From assembly GCF_001194135.2 (NCBI RefSeq), contig NC_068983.1, positions 99,445,535 through 99,509,534 on the forward strand: 64,000 nt of DNA, given 5' to 3'. The number at the start of each line of letters is the position of its first letter. The stretch's first letter is position 1. Below the pieces are notes generated by a model. That model did no database searches. It had not been told where the DNA came from and saw nothing but the letters and a program-made list of their open reading frames with translations. Positions 22,673 to 35,487 of the stretch are shown here, piece by piece. A program made the translations under genes and the position numbers. The DNA comes from Octopus bimaculoides (lineage: Eukaryota).

Positions 22673-23585
22673 TCCTTATAAAAAGCAAAGTTTGTTTGTT
22701 TGTTGACCACTGAAAACACTAAATAAAACTGGTAATATTTCAGGTTTTACATGTCATTTAAATTAAGTTCACCATTCCGCAAATAACTGTGCACTTATTT
22801 TCTGAAAATGGAATGGTGGGTGTCGAGTTGGTGGTGTATTGGCTCCTATTTCTAGCAATCCATGTACTGTCTATTTCACTGTAATGCTTTTTACAGAGTG
22901 AAAAAATACTCCACCTATCACTCAATCCACCTCCAGCTTTCTCTAAGTTTATACATTGCATTTATTCCTTTGAAGTTGCCGCTGGAACTCTGCATCCCTC
23001 TCTATGTCTCTATCTCTCTCTCTCTCTCTCTGGTTGCATATGTGTGTCTCTCTCACTACCTTTACCACTTTTTCCCTCTAGAGAAAAAATATGTGAAACA
23101 GATAGAAAGTGGGTTAGGGAGAAAAAACACGTGAGATCGCTAATACCAACAAGTGTCCCCTTTCATTTCAAACGATTGTAATTTCGAGTGAGAGTCAGTT
23201 ACACAATCATCATTAACAAGGTCAAATACTGCAAGTTGTTGGTCTCCATCTAGAAGAGGGCTGTTTCTCACATGGGCAATTGTATGTAGATTGTTCCAGA
23301 GTAGGAAGCCCACAGAAACCCTTCATATATACTCCAAATAAATAAGTTAAAATCACTGAAGTTCTGTAAATGTTTTATAACTTTCATGCAATACATTTCT
23401 CTATTATTATCTATATTACTTTTTGTATTTAGATATTCTAAATAGATTTTTAAAATTATGTTATGCAATACTTGAATACCTTTTAATGACTTTTATCTTA
23501 AGGAAAATGAGCATTACGATAAATGCAAATGTGTGCCTTATGAGTACATTTCAATACTGTACACAGCGGGCTGAAGACCTGCTAG
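22673..23585 (+). mobile_element. Non-autonomous Helitron-like element
   Basis: A|TCCTTATAAAAAG start; GC-rich subterminal acacagcgggc...gCTAG|T end. Confidence 0.65.
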
Positions 23586-24126
23586 TATATATATATATAT
23601 AACATATATACATGCATATATATATGCACGTAGGAAAGAGAATCGGAGAAATTGTAAACCAAATCCCTTTTTTCACTATCATCATTTTTCCTTTGTTTTT
23701 TCCCCTCTTAAACTTTGTATGACCGAAACTTTGATGATATTCATTTCTTGTTGAACACTACTAACACTAATGAGCTTTGTACATTCAAACAAATTGATGC
23801 ACAGTTTTAATATTATTGAGTATTATGAACATTTAAATTTGTCAACATCGAAATTTTTAAACATGTTTTTCTAATTCATAATTTTAAATTTGTCTGTTAT
23901 GAACATTTAAATTTGTCAACATTGAAACTTTTGAAGATGTTTTTCTAATTCATAATTCTAAATTTTTACCATTGATAAGCAAAAAATATTGTTGAAACTA
24001 GTTTGGTATATATGTAAATAAATTTATTTTAAACAATTACAATTTTTTCAAATTTAGGTGCATTTTCAACAACAAAATTACCTATATTTTTTCCTGCGTG
24101 GAAATACACCCCCTCTTTTGTTTTAT

Positions 24127-24157
<31 letters not shown>

Positions 24158-24165
24158 CATATACA

Positions 24166-24218
<53 letters not shown>

Positions 24219-24225
24219 ATTTCAG

Positions 24226-24435
24226 CATGTGATAAAAAAGTAAGCAGTGCTGTACAACATTACCAGAAAGTTATTAACATTGCACAGAAACAAGGCAGAG
24301 TTGAAGTTGAAGGCAGAATCAGGAAAGTGATGCAAGAATTGGAGTTCAGTGAATCTGAAGGAGAAGAAAAACTTCAAAAAACTTCTAATGGTGAGAATGA
24401 GCAGAATCATGAAGAAAAACCAAGCTCTGACAATG
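24226..24435 (+). CDS. TTC25: TTC25/ODAD4 exon (last TPR helix and start of acidic tail)
   Basis: tttcag|...|gtaagt; CDKKVSSAVQHYQKVINIAQKQG...EEKPSSDN; 210 nt, phase 1 to 1, continues the frame. Confidence 0.85.
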
Positions 24436-26257
24436 GTAAGTCAAGTATCTTTGCTGTATATTGCTAAAAGAGTTAATACACTGTAGAGTTTTGTTCTGTT
24501 ATTACACTATGTAACAAAATTTTTTTTGTTTTTGGTCAGTAAGTATTATTTCCTATTTGCTTCTATCTAGAAATCAAAGGAAATGACTACTATTCCCTTC
24601 AAACTTTGCTTTTGTGACCTGGACATCAATGTTTTGAAACTGACCTATTTTCCATTACATTTCAGACAGATTCAACCTTGAGTTGCTGAAGCAGAAATAT
24701 TGTTCTAGCAAATATTCTGCTCAATATCACAGATTTGCTTGACCTTAACCACTTGAACATGTCCTTTATTGGCAAACAATATGTGCATATCTGATCATAA
24801 TCATTGCTATGTGTTGAAAGGGATTCTTTGGAGTTTGAATAAATGTAAGAAAAGCAAAGTTTGAAGGAAATATTAGCCATTTTTAATACTTTGCAGGGGT
24901 AAGCAAATAGGAAATAACAGTTTCTACACAAGAACAAAAATTGTGTTACAGTGTTATTTATCATATATTACAACTATTTTTGAATGCAAAAACTCCAGAA
25001 TATCAGCAAAGCTAAATGAAATAAACTGTTATGATGGAATTTGTGTATGTATGCATGTTTATATTTATCTGCCTATTTTCCTGTTTGTCTATGTATTCAT
25101 ATGTATATTTATGTGTGTTTATGGATGTGTGTGTGCATGCATGTATGTGCATCTATGTGTTATTCTCATCATCATCATCATTTTAATACCCACTTTTCCA
25201 TGCTTGCATGTGTCAGACGAAATTTATTGATGCAGATTTTCTATGGCTTTATGCCGTTCCTTTCTATATAAGCTTTTTTTTTTTACCCATTCCAATGAAA
25301 TAAAATTCTTTAAGCTGCTGGTAGTTGTAAATAGCACTATTTTGTCCTCTCTAGAACTCATCGGTATGACATAACTTGAAACTTGAGATTATGTTGAATA
25401 CCTTAATTTTCTTCTGCTTAAGTTAAATTCATTTTCTTCTGTTTCTTCTAGCTGTAGAAAAAGGAGATAGAGAGAGGGAAAGTTCTTATATGCTGGTCAA
25501 ATACCTCAAGTGCAGATTTACCTTGTGTAAAAGTTCTTGTAGAGAGAGACTTAAAATTAATTAAGCTTAATTCCTTTTTCTTACTTTTTTCTCCTAACAG
25601 TAAAGAAAAAAGATAGAGAGAAACTTCTAACATGCTGGTAATATATATTCATTGCAGGTTTGCCTTGTGTAAAAGTTCTTTGTGTAGATACAATTTTCTT
25701 TACAAACAAATGCACAAGCTCCCATACGTTCTTCCTAGGTGCAAAATTGAAATTGAAATTTCTGGTGGCATTTTCGTATCATGTTATCCAACAGGATGAT
25801 TTAAGATTGCACTTCACTATCAGTTTGTGTGGATAATGTGTAAAATATGACCAGGGTATTACAAACATGTGGATGACTGCTGCCGATATTGAAAAGGAGA
25901 GAATTGCTTCTAGTAAGCTTAGAGCATGTTAAGGAATTTATAATTAAATTAAACAGTGAAGAGCACAGATATCTTTCTATGTAATTGCCTCTTAATACCT
26001 GGTGCAATCCACCTCTCTCAATACTATACTCCACTGAATCAAGGGGTCTTGTTTTGCCAACTATTTGGTGATCCTACTCATGCTGGTGCTACAAAAAAGC
26101 TCTTGGTACACTCTCTAAAGTGGTTGGTGTTAGGAACGATATTCAGTTATAGAAACCTTACCAAAACAGATATTGGTGCTCAACACAGTTCTTTGATGTG
26201 TCAGATTCTATCAAATCAGCCAGTCTGTACCAACATGGAATATGGAAGCTAAATGAT

Positions 26258-27494
26258 TACAGCTTGAATTCTATGAGGTATGGACTTGTACAAAGTTTCA
26301 ATTGTTTCCAAAGGAATTATTGTCAATTCTTCAGCTACAACAGTCTCCAGTTCTGGTAGTGATGATGATGGAGGATATCAGCTCCTTACTTGTTTTTCTA
26401 AAATGCACCATAAATGTTCAATAATATTGAGATCTGGGGACTGTGGTGGCCAGATAAGATGTTCAACTTCACTAGAATGCACCAGAAATGTTCAATAATA
26501 TTGAGATCTGGGGACTGTGGTGGCCAGATAAGATGTTCAACTTCACTAGAATGTTCCTTGTGCCATTCAATAACAACTTTAGCTGTGTGAATTGGTGCAT
26601 TATCATCCTGAAAGATTGCGTTTCCCTCTGGAAACAGTTTCGCAACCATAAGATGAATTTGATCAGATAAAATGCTTAAATAGTCTTGACTATTAATTCT
26701 TCTATGAAGGGAAACCATTGGGCCAGCAGATTTCCAAGATATACCCCCCACCACAAGATCATCACAAATCCTTCTCCATGTTTAACAGTTGGAAGAAGGC
26801 AGTCTGGGTTAAATGCTGTCTCCACACATATACTTGGCTGGTAGTCAGAAATAGGGTAAAGGATGACTCGTCCAAGAAAATAACATTCTTTCACTGCTCT
26901 AGGGACTAATTCTGTAGGTTTTTACTCCACTCTAAATGCTTTGCAATATTTGTTTTTGAAAGTAGTGGTTTTCTGATTGCAGCCCTCCCGTGAAATCCAG
27001 CTTTGTGCAGCTCCCAGCGAACAGTTTTTGTGGAAACTGGGTTCTGAAGATGGTCATTAAGCTCTGCAGTAATTTTGGAAGCTGTACTTTTGTGATCCTT
27101 TCTAACAATTTGCGTAAGAGTCCGACGGTCCCTATCTGAAAATTTTGTTTTTCTTCTGGAGTTTTGTTTCAATGAGGAGGTTTTTCCCTCTTTCTCAAAG
27201 GCTGTCATCAGTTCCAAGACAGTACTTCTTGATACACCAAACATTTCGGCTGTTTTTGTTACACTAGCGCCTGCCATATGAGCACCAACAATTTGACCTC
27301 TTTGAAAGTCCGATGGATCTGTCATTTTAATTACCTTTTTCTGATGATATCTGAAAAGAAACAGCAAAATGTATTGAGCAACACTAATAATAAATCCCAA
27401 AACATAAAAATAAACAAACTTTTGACAGTTTTATAGATATTTCAAAATTATGATGCTATGATGCTAGGTGTTTCCATTATTTTGTCCAACCCAT
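26258..27494 (-). mobile_element. Tc1-like transposon relic, one TIR lost
   Basis: ORFs SDFQRGQIVGA..., IFQDDNAPIH, WPPQSPDLNIIE; TIR aggtgtttccattattttgtccaaccc at about 27466-27488. Confidence 0.92.
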
Positions 27495-27572
27495 TTATAT
27501 ATATATATATATACATGTATGCATATATGCATCTGTAACACATACTATATTTAGTTTTGTTTATATTATTAG

Positions 27573-27641
27573 GAGACTATGAAGATGAGTTTGAGGAACC
27601 AAGTTCTGAAAATGGTAATGGTAAAGAACATAATGAAACAG
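27573..27641 (+). CDS. TTC25: TTC25 acidic tail exon
   Basis: attag|...|gtatgt; (G)DYEDEFEEPSSENGNGKEHNET; 69 nt, phase 1 to 1, open frame. Confidence 0.7.
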
Positions 27642-28129
27642 GTATGTTAGTGTGTTTGAATGTTTATATGTAAATGCATGCATGTATTCCTTTGTGTGTG
27701 TGTATCTTTGGATATATGTTTCTGTATTAATATGTCTGAGTATGTGTATGCCTCTGTGCATGTGTGTGTGCATGGATATGTTTTTTTTTTTACAATTTTT
27801 ATCTACCAATGTCTCTCACACAACATTGGTTAGGCTAAGTGTATAGTAGAAGACACTCACTCAAGATGACATGTGATTCAACCCAAAACTGTATGATTGT
27901 GGAGCACAACCATTTTTGTGCCTAAAATAGAAACTATTAGCCCAAGAATATTTGTTATATATGTAATCTAAGAAAGTGTGGATGGCTAAATAAATGCAGT
28001 ATTAAATCAGTTATGTATGATATCAACACAGCAGCCAGGATACCAAATCTGAAATGGTCTTGACTACTTAGCGGAAAATATCTATTACAGTATAAGAACA
28101 ATCTGTCAAAAATTGATTAAAGGTATGAC

Positions 28130-28480
28130 TATGGGGTAAGAATTTTGCTTCTAAATCACATGGTCCCAGGTTCAGTCCTACTGCATGACACTTTGGGCAA
28201 GTGTCTTCCACCCACTACAGCCTTGAGCCAACCAAAACCTGAAAGGAGCCTGTCATATATGTGTGTGTGTATTTGTCTCCTCACCACCACTTCGCAAACA
28301 GTGTCAGTGTGTTTAGATCCCCATAAGTTAACAGTTTGACAAAAGAGACTGTTAGAATAAGTACCAGGCTTTACAAAAAGATTTTAATTCCTGGGGGAGG
28401 GTCAATTTTTTTCGAATAAAATTCTTCAAGGTAGTGCCCTAGCATGGCTGCAATCTAATAACTGAAAGAATTAAAAGATA
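28130..28480 (+). mobile_element. tRNA-headed SINE (major family)
   Basis: family similarity. Confidence 0.8.
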
Positions 28481-28998
28481 GAAGTTAATCATCAAAATCT
28501 TAACTCATTTAACTTAAAATAAAATAGTCTCTCTTTGAAACAAAAGAATCAAATGTAAATTTGAAATAAAAGAACCATTGTAATAACACTGCCTAGAAAC
28601 AATGCGAACAAAGAAATTACCTCCAGTATCTACTCCAAAATGCACAAGCACAACTAACAGGTCATGTGATTTGATGTCTTCAATGAAAATAAAATCTGAA
28701 ACATTGTTTAGTACTTTGTAGCAGTGTCATATTTATCATTCGTATTGTTTTTACCTGAAAGATTTGCATTGAGCAAGAAACTGTGAGAAGTGACAGCGTC
28801 AACTTCAAATATATATATATATATATGTATATCTCCATCTTTCTTCCTGTCTGTCTGTCTATATACATACGTATGTGCATGTGTTCACACACACACACAA
28901 ACACACTCTCTCTCTCTCCATTTCATACAGTATGTATATAAATCTTTATCATATTATTCAAAGAGTTCTTATATTTCTTTTTCCACTCTGATTTGTAG

Positions 28999-29061
28999 AT
29001 GATTACAACACTGAAGAATCTGAAGCAGGAACTCCCACTAACAATGATGGCACTAATAAAG
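28999..29061 (+). CDS. TTC25: TTC25 acidic tail exon
   Basis: tttgtag|...|gtctgt; (D)DYNTEESEAGTPTNNDGTNK; 63 nt, phase 1 to 1, open frame. Confidence 0.65.
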
Positions 29062-29932
29062 GTCTGTTATAGAATGTCATGGTTAAAACATCTTTTGCTT
29101 CTTATCTTAACCCTTTGCCTGCCCAAAGCATTTTAATAAGTTTGTCTGAAACATCCATGCTTGTTTTTAAGCATTTAGTTAGCCCCTATTTCATATGTAC
29201 TGAGTAATATATATCTTTCTTTTCTTAAGTCTACAGTTACTCTGGGGTTGAAAAACATTTAGAGTGTGTATCATGTGAGTGTGGATGCCAAGGAAATTTG
29301 TCCAGTGTATCACATGTAATACACAGGACAAAAAAATAAACAGAAGAAATCTGGCACTCTATTGCTTACGATGACAAGGGTTCCAGTTGATCTGATTACC
29401 AGAACGGCCTGCTTGTAAAATTAACATGCATGGCGCTGAGCACTCCACAGACACGTGTCCTTAACATAGTCCTCAGGGATTCAGCGTGACACAGAGTATG
29501 ATAAGGCTTGCCCTTTGAAATACAGGTACTACTCATTTTTGCCAGCCAAGTAGACTGGTGCAAAGTGAAATAAAGTGTCTTGCTCAAGGACACAGTGCAT
29601 TGCCAGGAATTGAACTCATGACCGTAAGAGCATGAGCTGAATACCCTGACCACTAAGCCACATGCTTTCGCATTCACAAAACAGGCAAATAGTTAATTGT
29701 ACTCTGCTATATTGTTTAATATGTGGATCATTATGTATGCTTAAATATTTTAGTCACGGCTAAGTGCAGGCATGGGTCTATGATTAAGAAGTTTACTTCC
29801 TAACTGCAGATTTGTGTACAGTCCCACAGCATAGCATCCTGGACAAGTGTCTTCTTCTCTAGTACAAAGCCAATCAAAGCCTTGTGAATGGATTTGGTCA
29901 ATGGATAGTGAAAGAAGCCCATCATATATGTA

Positions 29933-31201
29933 CAGGGGTTGGACAAAATAATGGAAACACCTTAAAATTTCAAACAAATTAATTTTAATATTGGGTAGGA
30001 CTGCCTTTGGCAATAATTACAGCTTGAATTCTATGAGGTATGGACTCGTACAAAGTTTGAATTGTTTCCAAAGGAATTTTGTCAATTCTTCAGCTAAAAC
30101 AATCTCCAGTTTTTGTAGTGATGATGATGGAGGATATCAGCTCCTTACTTGTTTTTCTAAAATGCATCAGAAATGTTCAATAATATGGAGATCTTGGGAC
30201 TGTGGTGGCCAGATAAGATGTTCAACTTCACGAGAATGTTCCTTGTGCCATTCAGTAACAACTTTAGCTGTGTGAATTGGTGCATTATCATCTTGAAAGA
30301 TTGCATTTCCCTCTGGAAACAGTTCTGCAACCATAGGATGAATTTGACCAGATAAAATGCTTAAATAGTCTTGACTATTAATTCTGCCATGAAGGGAGAC
30401 CATTGAGCCAGTGGATTTCCAAGATATAGCCCCCCACCCAGATCATCACAGATCCTCCGCCATGTTTAACAGTTGGAAGAAGGCAGTCTGGGTCAAATGT
30501 TTCTTTTGGCTATCTCCACACGTATACTCAACTGGTGGTTGGAAATAAGGTAAAGGATGACTCGTCCAAGAAAATAACATTCTTCTACTGCTCTAGGGAC
30601 CAATTCTATGGGTTTTTACTCCACTCTAAACACTTTGCAATATTTGTTTTTGAAAGTAGTGGTTTTCTGATTGCAGCCCTCCCATGAAATCGGGCTTTGT
30701 GAAGCGAGCAGTTTTTGTAGAAACTGGGTTCTCGAGGTGGTCATTAAGCCCTGCAGTAATTTTGGAAGCTATACTTTTGTGATCCTTTCTAACAATTTGC
30801 GTAAGAGTCTGGCAGTCTCTATCTAAAAGTTTTGGTTTTCTTCTGGAGTTTTGTTTTGACAAAGAAGTTTTTCCCTCTTTCTTAAAGGCTGTCATCACTT
30901 TCAAGACAGTACTTCTTGATACACCAAACATTTCAGCTGTTTCCGTTATGCTAGCGCCTGCCATACGAGCACCAACAATTTGACCTCTTTGAAAGTCCGA
31001 TGGATCTGTCATTTTAATGAATCTTAATTACTTTTTTCTGATGATATCTGAAAAGAAATAGCAATTTTAGCAAGATATAATGACCAACACTAATAATAAA
31101 TCCAAAAACATAAAAATAAACAGGTTTTTGATGATTTTATAGATATTTCAAAATGATGATGCTTTGAATCTAGGTGTTTCCATTATTTTGACCACACCCT
31201 G
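29933..31201 (-). mobile_element. Tc1-like transposon relic, both TIRs, TA target duplication
   Basis: ta|caggggttggacaaaataatggaaacacct ... aggtgtttccattattttgaccacaccctg|ta; same family as 26258-27494. Confidence 0.94.
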
Positions 31202-31509
31202 TATGTATATGTACATATCTAAGTGCAGGCATGGCTGTGTTGCAAGTAGCTTGCTTCTCAACCACATGCTTGCAGGTTCAGTCCCACCTTGGCTAACTGT
31301 CTTCTTCTATAACCCAGGACTGACAAAAGACTTGCGAGTGGATTTGGTGAACAGAAACTGAAAGAAGCCCATCGTATCTACATGTGTATATATATATATA
31401 TATATATAATTTTCCAGAGGATGTAGCAACCGTTACCAATATAGCATAAGAACTTACCTTAGGGGATCATTAACTAGATTCCTTAAGGGTCGTTCTCACA
31501 GTTTATATT

Positions 31510-31909
31510 TATATTATAAGGTTTTTAACTTTTAAATTTTCATATTCAAAAGAGACAGAGACTTCAAACTCGATATATCGATTTATTCACCACTCTATGT
31601 TAACATTTCTGTGCCAAACTTATCCAGTGACTGGTCCATTGGATTTTGACATTTGGCACTTCTTCAGGCAGATGAACTGTAACGGGATTTTAATAATTTA
31701 ATGATCGTTATGTATGTGTTTTTTCGTGTTTTGTTCCGATGGTAACCATTCCTGAAGAAGTGCCAAATGTCAAAATCCAATGGACCAGTCACTGGATAAG
31801 TTTGGCACAGAAATGTTAACATGGAGTGGTGAATAAATCGATATATCGAGTTTGAAGTCTCTGTCTCTTTTGAATATGAAAATTTAAAAGTTAAAAACCT
31901 TATAATATA
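31510..31909 (+). repeat. Fold-back element, 159-bp arms (31510-31668 / 31751-31909), HHR-like
   Basis: arms reverse-complementary with a single mismatch by manual comparison; lies in the (TA)n linker of a SINE. Confidence 0.9.
31745..31830 (+). ncRNA. Hammerhead-like motif with G at the cleavage position
   Basis: stem I accauuc/gaguggu, CUGAAGA 31752-31758, gugccaaa/uuuggcac stem II (A.A at base), GAAA 31810-31813, palindromic UGUUAACA; N17 = G (31823). Confidence 0.5.
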
Positions 31910-32221
31910 TATATATATATATATGAATGTGTCTATGTCTGTCCCCCACTTTCACTTGACAATCAGTGCTTGGTGTGTTTGCATACTCGTAACTTAGTGG
32001 TTTGGCAAAAGAGACTGATAGGAGAAGCACTAGGCTTTAAAAACAAAGTACTGGTGTCAATTCATTCGACTGAAAATTCTTCAAGGTAGTGCCCCAGCAT
32101 GGCCACAGTCTAATGACTGAAACAAGTAAAAGATAAAGATATATAAGTGTCTAAATATGTTGGTCTGTCATAACTTTAATTTTAAAAAATACTAAAGTAA
32201 ACTTTATTCTCTTTTATGTAG

Positions 32222-32229
32222 ACTCCTAA
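32222..32229 (+). CDS. TTC25: Probable TTC25 terminal exon coding part (D-S-stop), followed by 3' UTR
   Basis: pyrimidine-rich cttttatgtag acceptor; in phase 1 reads (g)ac tcc taa; AATAAA at 32394-32399. No homology support. Confidence 0.4.
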
Positions 32230-33089
32230 GATGAAGAATGGTTGACTTGAAGATGAAAATGAACAGTAAAAAAAGTGACTGTACACTAAGTTGTAAAATG
32301 TGGTGAACCATTAAAGATTGAAAAAAAACATTCCAACTGTTTTCACATACTGACACCAAACAAGTTTTTATGAGAGAGAAGTGTAATCCATGAAATAAAT
32401 CATTATATTGCTTGTTTACTATCTTGGTGCAAAGTGAAGTCAATTCTAGTTAGAATTGAACTCAGAACTGTGCAAAGCAAAACTAAATTCCTTGTCATTG
32501 CTTTCTTAATTCTACATCTAATCTGCTTAATCTCGTACTCTTTAGTGGCTCCTACATCACTATCAGATTTATTAACAGTGTTTAGTCATAGCACTTTATG
32601 TTCTGAATTCAAAACCAACTGAGGTTACTTTACCTTTTATCCATCTGGGGCTGATAACATAAAAGTGTATGTGTGTGTGGTGGGCTAATTTAATCAAATA
32701 TACCTTCCTCAAAATGTGTGGCTTTGTGTTAGTGTTATAAATGAATATTAGCTGAATTATTCTCAACCTATAATCTTTCACTTCTGTTCAGTTTTTGTCC
32801 AAGTCTTAGAGTTTAAAAATAGTATTTCATACTCTGCCCTTATACCCTCACTAACGTGTAAAATACAATAAAATTTTCTTACATATTGTTTATTTTAATT
32901 TCCTCTCAATTTTTCCAAGCAAAGAGAGTTTGCGTTTGTTTTTAAATTTTCCAAGAGAGAGACTTGGAGATGCCACTATGAAAGGTTGTTAAATGAAGAG
33001 AATGAATAGGAAAAAGAAAGTCTGCCAAGTGTCAACCCANNNNNNNNNNTCAATTTTTCCAAGCAAAGAGAGTTTGCGTTTGTTTTTAA

Positions 33090-34830
33090 ATTCTCCAAGA
33101 GAGAGACTTGGAGATGCCACTATGAAAGGTTGTTAAATGAAGAGAATGAATAGGAAAAAGAAAGTCTGCCAAGTGTCAACCCAACAGAGAGACCAGCTAT
33201 CTGAATTGACAGTGCCTTGGTAGATAAAGCAATTAAGAGTATGAAGACAGAGAAAGCCCCCCCCCCCCATCAGGAATCAATGAAGAGATGCTTAAAATAT
33301 TTGGCGGTGTAGGCTATAGCTTAATCACCCATATAGTCAACCAAGTGATACATGAAGTAGTCATACCCAATGACTGGTGTAGCAGCACCATAGTCAACTG
33401 CTACAAAGGTAAAGGTGATGCATTAGATAAGAATAATTAGAGGTATTAAATTGTTGGATCAGGTGATCAAATTCATGGAGAGGGTCATAGCCCAACAAAT
33501 TAAGGAGAGAGTTAGTTTAGAGATGCAATTTGGGTTTGTGCCAGGGAGAAAGTCCACTGATGCTATATTTCTGGTAAGACAGCTGCAGAAGAAATTCCTA
33601 GCCAAAGATAGACCTCTGTACCTGGCTTTTGTTGACAAGAAGAAAGCCTATGACAGGGTCCCCCGATCCCTTATCTGATGGTCAGTACAGACACTAGGGA
33701 TAGATGAGTGGTTAGTGAGAGCTGTACAAGCCATGTACAGGGATGCTGTCAGTAAGGTAAGGATTGGCAACTAGTATAGTGAAGAATTCTGGGTTGGAAT
33801 AGAGGTCCATAAAAGGTGTAGGTAGAAACTCCATAAGATGCACCTGGTGTAAGCTATGGACACATAAGAGGTGCATCAATATCAAAGGAAGGTTAACTGG
33901 GAAGATAGTTTTGTGTTTGGCAGAAGCAAAGGGGCAATAAACACTGAAAATGTGCAGGAAACAGATTCCATCATATGCTAGGGGAAAAAACTAGAAGTAG
34001 CTGATATCTTCCGTTACCTTGGTGACCAAGTCAGTAGCAGGGGTGGATGCTCTGAGAGCATAGCTGCCAGAATAAGCATAGCCTGAGCAAAGTTCTGAGA
34101 GCTCCTACATCTGCTAGTAACAAAGGGCCTCTTGCTCAGAGTGAAAGGTGGACTGTATGATGCATGTGTGTGAACAGCCATGGCTGTGACCACTGAGGAC
34201 ATGTGTAGGCTTGAAAGAAATGAAGCTAGATGTGTAATGTCAATATGCTGGATGTGAAATGTCAATATGTATACACGACAGAGTGTAAGTGCTCTGAGAG
34301 AAAAGTTGGACATAAGAAGTATCAGAAGTGGTGTGCAAGAGAGATGACTGCACTGGTATGGTCATGTGTCACGTATGGATGAGGACAGTGGTATGAAGAA
34401 GTGTCACACCCTAACAGTGGAGGGTGTTAGAGGAAGAGGTAGAGCCAAGAAGACCTGTGGAGGGATCTTGTGGTAAAGATAGACCCAGGAAGACAGGGGA
34501 TGAAGTGGTGAAGCATGACCTTCGAACATTGGGCCTCACAGAGGCAATGACAAGCGACTGAGACCTTTGGAGATATGCTGTGCTTGAGAAGACCCAGCAA
34601 GCCAAGTGAGATCATAGGCGTGGCCGATGCCAGTGTCACATAACTGGCCCATTTAAGAGTACCATTCAATTGTTGGGCAATATGCTGTGCTTGAGAAGAC
34701 CTGTTGAGTCAAGTGAAACCATTGTCATGGCCGGTGCTAGTACTGCCTAGCAGCACCCATGCCAGTGGCCTGTAAAAAGCACCATTTGAGTATAGTAGAT
34801 GCCAGTGCCACAGGAATGGCTCCTGTATAT
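33090..34830 (+). mobile_element. RTE LINE partial copy (same family as 54430-58225), internal deletion
   Basis: QFGFVPGRKSTDAIFLVRQLQ...KAYDRVPRSLI nearly matches ORF 56010-56780. Confidence 0.9.
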
Positions 34831-35119
34831 ATTGCTCTATGTATGTAATACATTCATTCGATAAGCTGACTTGTATATTAAATATATTCCTCTTTATATT
34901 TGTACTATATCATTTAGTATTGTACATACTGTATGGAATATTTATGCTCTGAATAAGTGTGATATATTTGTGTATCAAAGTAATATTTATTATAAAGAAA
35001 TATTAAACTTCAAAGACCAACTGAGAAAAATTACACAAGAATACACTTGAAGTAATCAGTTGGGAAATTTTATTTATTTAAAATTACAGCCTTAGTAATG
35101 AGAGCAATCCTTATATCAA

Positions 35120-35333
35120 CCTTTTAGCACTCAGATTATCCAGTCAAATGTAATACTTATTTAGTCACATTGTTTTGAATTAATAATTTATTACCTTGTA
35201 GAATCAAGATTTTGATAATGTGATTATTTATAGAATGTCAACATGGGATAGATGTGACAGGCCAGATCTGGCTGGCTTGAACTTAAAACATAAACTATTT
35301 GGACTGGATATGGCTGGTTTAAACGCTAAAGAG
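35120..35333 (+). mobile_element. piggyBac-like MITE (family B)
   Basis: ccttttagca...gctaaagag|ttaa; related copies at 35488-35704, 13620-13793 and about 5345-5482. Confidence 0.7.
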
Positions 35334-35487
35334 TTAATGATTAATTCTGGTAACAAGAAAATCTCAAAATAGTTTTTTTTTTGGTCATTATTTTAAGATA
35401 TAAAGCCATCTTGTGTTTCTGCATGACAATCTTATATACTTGAGATGTGGAGTAAGGGTTAGACTATGTTTTGCTGTTGAGGTTTAA

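Larger units (their letters stand above)
31220..32140 (+). mobile_element. Major-family SINE split by the 31510-31909 fold-back element
   Basis: head 31220-31380 and tail half 31930-32140 on either side of (TA)n runs. Confidence 0.75.

Noticed and set aside
27341-27360. CTGATGA...GAAA in Tc1 upstream region (also near 31038)
   Set aside because: Only 5 nt between the motifs, no stem II and no stem III/NUH
28753-28800. Possible additional TTC25 tail exon after cctgaaag
   Set aside because: The phase-1 frame hits TGA within three codons and there is no good donor
32905-33183. 134-bp direct duplication on both sides of a 10-N gap (similar case at 16056-16164)
   Set aside because: Typical unmerged contig overlap; treated as an assembly artefact
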